From contig JAKAKI010000081.1 of NCBI GenBank assembly GCA_021813505.1, positions 65,409 through 129,408 of the forward strand: a stretch of DNA of 64,000 nucleotides. The letters run 5' to 3'. The translations under genes were made by a program, and so were the position numbers. Under the pieces are notes generated by a model. The model ran no database searches, was not told the origin of the DNA, and saw only the letters and a list, made by a program, of their open reading frames with translations. Source of the DNA: a bacterium (lineage in GTDB: Bacteria > Zixibacteria > MSB-5A5 > WJJR01). Shown here piece by piece: positions 57,030 to 64,000 of the stretch (positions are counted from its first letter, which is position 1; each line of letters opens with the position of its first letter).

Positions 57030-57830
57030 GGTGCCACGGACAAACTTGTTTGTCCGTGTCTTTTTTGGACGTGCTGCGGGCAATAGAAGGCGGGCAAACG
57101 CACAGGGCATCCAACGCCGAATCCCCTTGTCCAGGACCCGCAGCCAGCTCTTCATGACCCAGATGGATCTCCCCCGAAAGCACTTCAATCGATTCAACGA
57201 CCCGGGACATGCGCACGCGCTGACGTTCTCATGTAACGGGCGCCTCCCGCTTTTGTCCCGCGATCGGACGCGGGTTTGGCTAATCAATGCCCTCGAAGCA
57301 GCCCGCCTGAAATACAGATTCGCCATCCTGGCCTATGTTATCATGCCGGAGCATGTCCACCTGCTTGTGTATCCACGTGAAGAACAATATGATGTCTCGG
57401 CATTCTTGAAGGCAGTGAAACAGGCTGTTGCACGCAAGGCGAAGCACTTTCTTGCCATTGAAGCACCGGAATGGCTCCAAAGACTCAGCGTGAGAACACC
57501 GGAGGGAAAGGTCTTCCGATTTTGGCAGCAGGGTCCGGGATTCGATTCGAACATCACTTCGATGGAAACGCTCCGTAGGCAGATTGAATACATCCACTAC
57601 AATCCTGTGCGTCGAGGACTTGTCGATGTGCCCGGGGCTTGGCTGTGGTCGAGCGCTGGTACCATGGAATCTGGAAGGATCAGGAGATTGATCGTCGATC
57701 CGATAGATGGAATCTTCCCTCAAGAGACTGCCTGCGCGGAGACTGAGAGCGGCAGGCCCTCAGTCGGGCAAAAAGACACGGACAAAGAATGACGGCACTA
57801 ACGTGCCGTCATTCTTTGTCCGTGGCACCC
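57030..57830. mobile_element. RAYT (REP-associated tyrosine transposase) element with palindromic ends
   Basis: Left end GGTGCCACGGACAAACTTGTTTGTCCGTGTCTTTTTT; right end AAAAAGACACGGACAAAGAATGACGGCAC..GTGCCGTCATTCTTTGTCCGTGGCACCC. Confidence 0.8.
57154..57792 (+). CDS. REP-associated HUH Y1 transposase (RAYT)
   Basis: H.LTFSC, AYVIMPEHVHLL (HUH), FWQ.G.GFD, EYIHYNPVRRGLV, W.WSS; the stop codon lies inside the right-end repeat. Confidence 0.92.
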   Translation: MTQMDLPRKHFNRFNDPGHAHALTFSCNGRLPLLSRDRTRVWLINALEAARLKYRFAILAYVIMPEHVHLLVYPREEQYDVSAFLKAVKQAVARKAKHFLAIEAPEWLQRLSVRTPEGKVFRFWQQGPGFDSNITSMETLRRQIEYIHYNPVRRGLVDVPGAWLWSSAGTMESGRIRRLIVDPIDGIFPQETACAETESGRPSVGQKDTDKE

Positions 57831-57894
57831 TCTTTTCGTGTCACCCTCTCTTCGTCGCACCCTCTTTTCATCGTACCCTTTGGCCGTGGCACCG
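57821..57894. repeat. Degenerate 16-nt tandem repeats of the element terminus
   Basis: cgtggcaccctctttt cgtgtcaccctctctt cgtcgcaccctctttt catcgtaccctttggc cgtggcaccg. Confidence 0.7.
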
Positions 57895-57905
57895 CACTCT
57901 GGGCA

Positions 57906-59588
57906 CTAGGCAGATTCTGGGATTACGCTTCCCTTCCTCTCATTCCTGAGTTTGACAATTGCGGCGACTGCCAAGTAGAGCGCCAACAAGATCAGAGCAA
58001 TTGCCGAGATGCTGTTGATCAGCGCGATGTCTAGGCCTTGAGCCACGGCGATGTTGGAGATTGCGAGTCGACCCAGTGACCAGAGGGTGATGGTCAGGAC
58101 GAAGATCATTGGTAGAAGGGTGAAGGCGATTCGCTTGCGCGCCTGATAGAGCCAGACGGTGATTGATAATAGCGAGAGCGCGGCGAGCAGTTGATTGGAG
58201 GAACCGAAGAGTGTCCAGAACTTGACCCACGATCCCTCGGGGGCGCCGGCGAGAAAATAGACGGGCAGGGCGATCGTAATCAGCGTTCCCCAAACCGCGC
58301 CCATTCTCCCCTTCCAGCCAAACAACTCTTGCACGATCATGCGCCCCAGGCGGGTGCAGACGTCGAGCGTGTCGAACACAAATGTCGAGAACGCCATCGC
58401 GCCGAAGGTGACGGCGAATTTGAGATTGGCCTTGCCGATCAATAGGCAGAGGAAATTGCCGATGCCGTTACCGTAGATTGTCCCCGGCTTGAGACCCTTG
58501 ATGTCGTCTTGTGTGACGATCATGATCGTCACCAGCGCGATCAGCGCGACGAATCCCTCGGCGAGCATGGCCCCGTAACCGACCGGCTTCATGTGCGACT
58601 CGCGGTCAACCTGTTTGGACGTAGTTCCAGAGCAGACCAGTCCGTGGAAGCCTGAACAGGCCCCACAGGCAATGGTGACGAACAAAAATGGGAACATCGC
58701 GCCGGTCATGCCGCCGACGTCCCACGAGTGAAATGCCTCCTGCTTGATTTCGTAACCGCCGAAGAAGACGCCCACGATTCCGAGCGCCAACGCGAGATAC
58801 AACACAAAGCCGCCGAGGTAACCGCGGGGCTGCAAGAGCGCCCACACGGGAACAACCGATGCGACACAACAGTACGCCAGAATCAGGATGCCCCACATGC
58901 GCGCATCCATAATCAACAGGGTCGAGATCTTGGTGCCGAAGTACGCCAGCCCCAAGGTCAGCGGAACGAAAATGATCGTCACCAGCCAGAGCGGCGGCTT
59001 CAGGTAACGTTGCACGATGCCCATGATGACCGCCAGCAGGAGGTACATCACACTGGCCGCAGCGACCGCACCGCCGGGATTGAAGCTGACCTTGACCGCC
59101 TCCAATTCCTCCGTGACACCGACAAAACTGGCGGCGGTGATATCGGCGAAGGCGACGATCACATAGATGAGCGCGATCCAAATGAAGGCCATCATCGCCA
59201 TTCCGGCGCGCGGGCCGAGATGATCGCGCGTGATTTCGGCGATTGAGCGGGCGCCGTGGCGAACCGATGCGGTCAACGTCGAGAAATCATGCACCGCGCC
59301 AATCAGGACAACGCCGAGGCCGATCCACAGAAGGCACGGCAGCCAGCCGAATGTCTGGCAGGCGAGAATCGGACCGGCGATTGGTCCGGCGGCGGCGATG
59401 GCGGAAAAATGCTGGGCGAATAGATAGAAGGGGCGTGTCGGAACGTAGTCGATGCCATCGTTGACCGTGTGCGCTGGGGTGATGCGTTTGTCATCGAGGG
59501 CAAACTGCCGCGCCACCCAACCGCCGTAGAGGCGATAGGCCAGGACCATCAAGATCAGGAAAGAAATTGTAATCAGCAGGACACTCAC
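57906..59588 (-). CDS. cstA: Carbon starvation protein A family transporter
   Basis: TPAH...DG.DYVPT, HFSAIAAAGPIAGP, GAVHD, PVWALLQPR.Y, FVTIACGACSGFH, FGSSNQLLAAL. Confidence 0.95.
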   Translation of the reverse strand: MSVLLITISFLILMVLAYRLYGGWVARQFALDDKRITPAHTVNDGIDYVPTRPFYLFAQHFSAIAAAGPIAGPILACQTFGWLPCLLWIGLGVVLIGAVHDFSTLTASVRHGARSIAEITRDHLGPRAGMAMMAFIWIALIYVIVAFADITAASFVGVTEELEAVKVSFNPGGAVAAASVMYLLLAVIMGIVQRYLKPPLWLVTIIFVPLTLGLAYFGTKISTLLIMDARMWGILILAYCCVASVVPVWALLQPRGYLGGFVLYLALALGIVGVFFGGYEIKQEAFHSWDVGGMTGAMFPFLFVTIACGACSGFHGLVCSGTTSKQVDRESHMKPVGYGAMLAEGFVALIALVTIMIVTQDDIKGLKPGTIYGNGIGNFLCLLIGKANLKFAVTFGAMAFSTFVFDTLDVCTRLGRMIVQELFGWKGRMGAVWGTLITIALPVYFLAGAPEGSWVKFWTLFGSSNQLLAALSLLSITVWLYQARKRIAFTLLPMIFVLTITLWSLGRLAISNIAVAQGLDIALINSISAIALILLALYLAVAAIVKLRNERKGSVIPESA

Positions 59589-59790
59589 GGCCGGGTTTCC
59601 TCCCTCCGGGACGAAGTGTCATAAAAACGGGATTGCAGTGATGGAGCAAGCGCAATGTTGAGGGAATCCATGGTCGATTGTGACCGCGCCCCCTGCGTTC
59701 GCTGATCAAAGCGTTTACTAATGGCTCGCCGATGCCCTATCGGTCGGCAGTTTGCCAATTGGCGTCCATTGAGGAAATTCGTGTCATTCC

Positions 59791-59806
59791 TTGGCCAATT
59801 TGCCAA
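59791..59806. promoter_or_regulatory. Candidate ArsR-family operator
   Basis: Perfect palindrome TTGGC-caattt-GCCAA upstream of arsR; related copies at 59751-59764 and 60194-60210. Confidence 0.55.
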
Positions 59807-59847
59807 ACGGCCCATATCACCCTGGGCGTATATGGCACGAGGCAACC

Positions 59848-60171
59848 ATGACTGGCAACAAGACGAGAACACAATACGAGGCGCGGGCGCGAGTGATCAA
59901 GGCCATGGCGCACCCGAGCCGTCTGCTCATCATCGACGAACTAAACCGTCGCGAGCGTTGCGTTCACGAGCTCACAGAAATTGTCGGGACCGACATCTCC
60001 ACGGTCTCCAAGCACCTTTCCGTCCTGAAGAACGCCGGTATCGTCACCGATGAGAAGCGGGGTGTGATGGTTTACTACCGGCTGAGGGTGCCGTGCATTC
60101 TGAATTTCTTCGGTTGCGTGGAGAGCGTCCTGAAACAAGCCGCAAAGGACAGCTTGAGCGTCGTCGGATGA
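59848..60171 (+). CDS. arsR: ArsR/SmtB family transcriptional repressor
   Basis: KAMAHPSRL, ERCVHEL, STVSKHLSVLKNAG, C-terminal PCILNFFGC. Confidence 0.92.
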   Translation: MTGNKTRTQYEARARVIKAMAHPSRLLIIDELNRRERCVHELTEIVGTDISTVSKHLSVLKNAGIVTDEKRGVMVYYRLRVPCILNFFGCVESVLKQAAKDSLSVVG

Positions 60172-60235
60172 GGTGGATTCGCAGTCACATTAATTGGCCA
60201 ATTGGCACAATAAGCAAACATTGAGGCGGATCACG

Positions 60236-60484
60236 ATGGAAATCGAAGTGCTGGGACCTGGCTGCAATAACTGCAAGAAGCTTCATGCGGAGACCGAGAA
60301 AGCGCTTCACCAACTGGGTCTCGAGGTGCCGGTGACCAAGGTCGAGAGGATCGATGAGATTGTGGCGCACGGGGCGCTGATGACTCCGGCGCTAGTCATC
60401 AACGGTAAGGTCAAGGCGGCGGGGCGTATTCCATCGCAGGCGGAATTGACCAGTTGGCTGGCAACGGCGGCGATGGATAGGTGA
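60236..60484 (+). CDS. Small redox-active disulfide protein (MTH895/ArsE-like thioredoxin)
   Basis: IEVLGPGCNNC, TPALVINGKV..AGRIP. Confidence 0.9.
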   Translation: MEIEVLGPGCNNCKKLHAETEKALHQLGLEVPVTKVERIDEIVAHGALMTPALVINGKVKAAGRIPSQAELTSWLATAAMDR

Positions 60485-60488
60485 CGCA

Positions 60489-61595
60489 GTGCGTACCCCG
60501 GCAAACCCACAGCAATTGTCGAAAGTCAGCGCCGAACCGCCGACGCCGAGACGCGAGCCGATTCTGATTTCACCGACGCGCGCTCGGGGCAGGTTGTGGG
60601 TGTGGATCGTACCCGCGGCCCTCGCGTGGATCCTGCTATACGGGCTCTTGGAATCAGTGAGTCGCTGGGTCACGTATCGTGCCATCGGGCTTGACGATTC
60701 AACACATCTCGCACGAGCGGTTCAGTTCTTTCTCTATGAGTCGCCGAAAGTGCTGATGCTACTGATTGTTGTGGTCTTCGGCGTCGGAATTGTACGTTCA
60801 TTCTTCACTCCTGAGCGGACGCGTCGAGCCTTGGCGGGCACCCGAGAGTCACTGGGAAATGTGCTGGCGGGCGGGCTTGGCGTCGTAACACCGTTTTGCT
60901 CCTGTTCGGCGGTGCCCCTCTTTTTGGGATTTGTGGAAGCGGGCGTGCCGCTAGGCGTTACTCTATCCTTTCTGATTTCGGCCCCGATGGTGAACGAAGT
61001 TGCGTTGGTTCTGTTGTTCGGTCTTTTCGGATGGCGTGTCGCGGCGATCTACCTCGGCACAGGCCTCGCTCTCGCAATCGTCGCAGGGTGGACATTAGGA
61101 CGTCTGCATCTCGAGCGCTTCGTTGAATCGTGGGTGTATGATGTGCGAATCGGGATGGTTGCAGAAAAAGAAAGCCTCACCTGGAATGACCGGCTCCAGC
61201 GAGCGATCCAGGCCGTTCGCGAAATTGTCGGAAAAGTCTGGCCATACGTGGTTGCGGGGATAGCCGTGGGGGCAGGCATCCATGGCTATGTTCCCGAGGG
61301 CTTCATGGCGGGGATTATGGGAAAATCCGCCTGGTGGTCGGTACCCGCGGCAGTTTTGATCGGCGTTCCGATGTACTCTAACGCGGCCGGAATCGTTCCG
61401 GTGGTGCAGGCTCTGCTCGAGAAGGGTGCGGCGTTGGGGACGGTGCTGGCGTTCATGATGGCCGTCATCGGTCTCTCACTCCCCGAAACGATCATTCTCA
61501 GAAAAGTTCTAAAACTCCCTCTGATCGGCGCTTTCGTCGGAATTGTGGCGCTCGGAATACTCTTCATCGGTTATCTATTCAATGCCCTGTTTTGA
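60489..61595 (+). CDS. ArsP/DUF318-family permease
   Basis: TPFCSCSAVP, SFLISAPMVNE, GVPMYSNAAG, GLSLPE. Confidence 0.9.
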   Translation: MRTPANPQQLSKVSAEPPTPRREPILISPTRARGRLWVWIVPAALAWILLYGLLESVSRWVTYRAIGLDDSTHLARAVQFFLYESPKVLMLLIVVVFGVGIVRSFFTPERTRRALAGTRESLGNVLAGGLGVVTPFCSCSAVPLFLGFVEAGVPLGVTLSFLISAPMVNEVALVLLFGLFGWRVAAIYLGTGLALAIVAGWTLGRLHLERFVESWVYDVRIGMVAEKESLTWNDRLQRAIQAVREIVGKVWPYVVAGIAVGAGIHGYVPEGFMAGIMGKSAWWSVPAAVLIGVPMYSNAAGIVPVVQALLEKGAALGTVLAFMMAVIGLSLPETIILRKVLKLPLIGAFVGIVALGILFIGYLFNALF

Positions 61596-61608
61596 GGAGG
61601 ATCCATTC

Positions 61609-62070
61609 GTGAATGTGAAGAGAATGATCACGATGACGCTTTTGGCCTTCGTCGTCGTCAGCCTCATCTGGCTGATCGTGCGTGAAGTATCTCCGAAGCG
61701 TGCTGAAACGGACGCGGCGATCGCGCATGAAGGCCGCCAGGTGATGGTCTACTACTTCCATCGTACTGCGCGCTGCGTGACCTGTCTGAAAATCGAGTCC
61801 CTCGCGAAACAAGAAGTTGAATCGAGCTTCGCCGCGGAGTTGAAACGGGGCGACGTGAGGTTTCAGAGCCTCAATGTCGAAGAGGCGGGCAACGAACACT
61901 TTGTGAAGGATTACAGCCTGGTCTCACAGTCCCTCGTGCTGGTCGATTACCGCAATGGTGCCCAAGGTCAATGGAAGAACCTCGATGCGGTTTGGGACTT
62001 GGTGCATGCCGAAGAGGACTTCGCTCGCTATGTTCGGGATGAAGTACGGGCATTTGTGGGGAGCACATGA
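61609..62070 (+). CDS. ArsF-like exported thioredoxin-fold protein
   Basis: GAGGAGG RBS; N-terminal TM; VYYFHRTARCVTC, GNEHFVKDY.L, WKNL..VW. Confidence 0.8.
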   Translation: MNVKRMITMTLLAFVVVSLIWLIVREVSPKRAETDAAIAHEGRQVMVYYFHRTARCVTCLKIESLAKQEVESSFAAELKRGDVRFQSLNVEEAGNEHFVKDYSLVSQSLVLVDYRNGAQGQWKNLDAVWDLVHAEEDFARYVRDEVRAFVGST

Positions 62071-62753
62071 TCGAATCGTACTGGCTGGGAGGAGCATCAG
62101 CGATTTGGCTGGGCATTTTGACCTCGATCAGCCCCTGCCCATTGGCCACTAATATCGCCGCCGTTTCTTACATCGGGCGGCAGGTCGGGTCCCCGTGGCG
62201 AGTCGTCAGTTCGGGGATCGCCTATTCGGCGGGACGAATGTTGACCTACGCCGTGCTGGGTGCGATCCTCGTGGCCAGCATCGCCTCGGCATCGCGCGTA
62301 TCGGACCTTCTCCAATCGTATGCAAGCAAGGCCCTGGGACCATTGCTCATCCTTGTGGGCATGGTGCTGTTGAATTTGATCAACCTGCGACTCCCCGGTC
62401 TCGGTGCACGCACATGGCAAGAGCGGGCCGCGGGCGGGATCTGGGGCGCAGGCCTGTTGGGACTTGTGTTTGCGCTGACTTTTTGCCCGGTGTCCGCGGC
62501 TTTGTTCTTTGGCAGTTTGATTCCTCTCTCTGTAAAGCAAAACTCATCCGTGGCGTACCCAATCCTCTATGGCCTGGGCACTGCTCTGCCGGTACTGGTC
62601 TTTGGCATTGCCTTGGGCGTGGGCGCACGCTGGGTGGCGGTGGGTCTGCATCGCCTCACGCAGATCGAACGGTGGGCGCGCTACGCCACCGGCGCGGTGT
62701 TCATCGGCGTAGGAATCTATCTGACGCTGGTGTACATCCTCGGCATTCTGTAG
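62067..62753 (+). CDS. ArsG-like (CcdA/DsbD-type) membrane protein
   Basis: LTSISPCPLATNIAAVSY, FALTFCPVSAALFFG.LIPL, GTALPV. Confidence 0.85.
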   Translation: MIESYWLGGASAIWLGILTSISPCPLATNIAAVSYIGRQVGSPWRVVSSGIAYSAGRMLTYAVLGAILVASIASASRVSDLLQSYASKALGPLLILVGMVLLNLINLRLPGLGARTWQERAAGGIWGAGLLGLVFALTFCPVSAALFFGSLIPLSVKQNSSVAYPILYGLGTALPVLVFGIALGVGARWVAVGLHRLTQIERWARYATGAVFIGVGIYLTLVYILGIL

Positions 62754-62823
62754 ATGGTGCGTCTTGACACGCACCATCTTCCAGAACTGTGCATATAGTA
62801 ATGGCCCAGGCGACCGTTCATTA

Positions 62824-63540
62824 TCACGATGACCGAACTCCGACCCGCTCCAAATTCGACGTGGTTCCGGATCCGGGTACTTCTTGAATCCGGCCATCAC
62901 GAAGTGAGATGTGCCGGTCACCGGCGGTCGCGACCTCGTTCGAATGGGTGACCAGTATGATGGTCTTCCCCTCGTGGTTGAGGTCAGCCAGCAGAGACAA
63001 GAGATCCGCCGTCAGACTGGGATCCAGGCTTCCCGTCGGTTCATCGGCGAGAATGACTGATGGGTTGTTCGCGAGGGTGCGCGCCATCGCCACCCGCTGC
63101 TGCTGGCCGACTGAGAGTTGCGACGGCTTGTGGTTAAGCCGGGAACTCAGATCTACCCGTCTCAGGAGACCCACCGCGATATCTTTGTGCTTACCCCGAC
63201 CGCTACCGTTGAGCATCAAGGGCAGCGCCACATTTTCCCAGGCGGTCAGGTAGGGAACCAGATGGAACTGCTGAAAAACAAACCCAATAGTTTTGGTGCG
63301 GAACTGCGCGAGTGCCGGAGGAGTCTGGCGATAGATGTCCACACCATCGAACATCACGCGCCCCGACGTGGGATGCGACAACCCGCCCAGCGTCATGAGC
63401 AGAGTGGATTTCCCGCTTCCAGAGGGTCCTGTCACTGTGAGGTACTCACCTTTCTGTACTTCGAACGACACGCCATCCAAGGCCTTGATTGTCTCCCGGC
63501 CAACTGCAAACGCCCTTGTCAGATTCTCAATTCGTATCAT
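62824..63540 (-). CDS. ABC transporter ATP-binding protein (LolD/MacB-like)
   Basis: GPSGSGKST, GFVFQQFHL, LSVGQQQRV, ADEPTGSLD, VTH. Confidence 0.95.
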   Translation of the reverse strand: MIRIENLTRAFAVGRETIKALDGVSFEVQKGEYLTVTGPSGSGKSTLLMTLGGLSHPTSGRVMFDGVDIYRQTPPALAQFRTKTIGFVFQQFHLVPYLTAWENVALPLMLNGSGRGKHKDIAVGLLRRVDLSSRLNHKPSQLSVGQQQRVAMARTLANNPSVILADEPTGSLDPSLTADLLSLLADLNHEGKTIILVTHSNEVATAGDRHISLRDGRIQEVPGSGTTSNLERVGVRSS

Positions 63541-63543
63541 AGG

Positions 63544-63999
63544 TTAGACCTCCTGAAGAGTGACGGAGGGGTCGAGTTTCGTGGCCCGATAAACCGGGAC
63601 AATCGCAGCCACCAGTGACAATCCCACGGAGAGAAGGACGCTATATAGCAGCCAGTCTACCCTTGGGCTTACTGCGATCCCAGCCAGGCGGGGGCCTAAG
63701 ACGACCGCGAGAATGGTTCCAGCCAAATAGCCGAAAATCCCCCCCACGACCCCCAAGATGAGTGCCTTGAGCAGGAATATCCTCTGAATCAGCCCACGGC
63801 CGGCGCCGAGCGCGACTAGGATGCCGACCTCGCGGCGGCGCTCATACACATTGGCGAACATGTAGTTTGCGATGGAGGCGCCTCCAACCAGTAAGATGAT
63901 CACCAGAAACACGAGGCTGAAGTTGCGCATCATGTTGTTGGTCCTCTGCTGTGCCGACACGACTTGCTTGATGGTGACGACCTTCGCATCGGGCAGACG
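63544..63999 (-). CDS. FtsX/MacB-type ABC permease (5'-truncated by window edge)
   Basis: Frame open to the window edge; ERRREVGIL.ALGA, PVYRATKLDP. Confidence 0.9.
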   Translation of the reverse strand, partial: RLPDAKVVTIKQVVSAQQRTNNMMRNFSLVFLVIILLVGGASIANYMFANVYERRREVGILVALGAGRGLIQRIFLLKALILGVVGGIFGYLAGTILAVVLGPRLAGIAVSPRVDWLLYSVLLSVGLSLVAAIVPVYRATKLDPSVTLQEV

Positions 64000-64000
64000 A

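Noticed and set aside
59848-62753. Selenocysteine recoding in the thiol-redox genes (also checked for the peroxiredoxin at 22624-23178)
   Set aside because: The redox motifs are encoded as Cys and the reading frames are uninterrupted by in-frame TGA
62067-62753. ccdA belonging to the cytochrome c maturation system
   Set aside because: The SPCPLATNIAA motif and operon context with ArsR/ArsP/ArsF fit the ArsG-like family better

Overview
High-GC (roughly 60%) bacterial chromosome segment. Cys-flanked dockerin repeats, a FlgD-Ig/Por-secretion-type C-terminal tail, a SecA with FCB-type insertions and lpxD/bamA suggest an FCB-group diderm such as Zixibacteria (inference). The core genes are secA, recR-ybaB-dnaX with a large Alu-containing SRP RNA, tRNA-Ala(CGC), nfnAB, ccmABCDE, lepB-rseP-dxr, a complete F-type ATP synthase operon, lpxD-skp-bamA, rplU, uvrB and cstA. 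The accessory content is: (i) a multiheme cytochrome / heme-lipoprotein / beta-barrel / 14-heme cluster resembling a non-Mtr porin-cytochrome electron conduit; (ii) a leaderless Cys-rich uORF-like gene upstream of a secreted metallothionein-like protein; (iii) a dockerin-bearing FG-GAP protein near a multi-cohesin-like secreted protein; (iv) an arsR-arsE-arsP-arsF-arsG-like organoarsenical cluster; (v) a RAYT-type HUH transposase whose two palindromic ends recur 50 kb away as a transposase-free miniature element. Intergenic DNA holds about ten different REP-like palindrome families, a MITE inserted in a hairpin loop with a 4-bp target duplication, and seven strand-polarised 9-nt periodic arrays of unknown function. 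All calls come from reading motifs by eye; no database searches were run.
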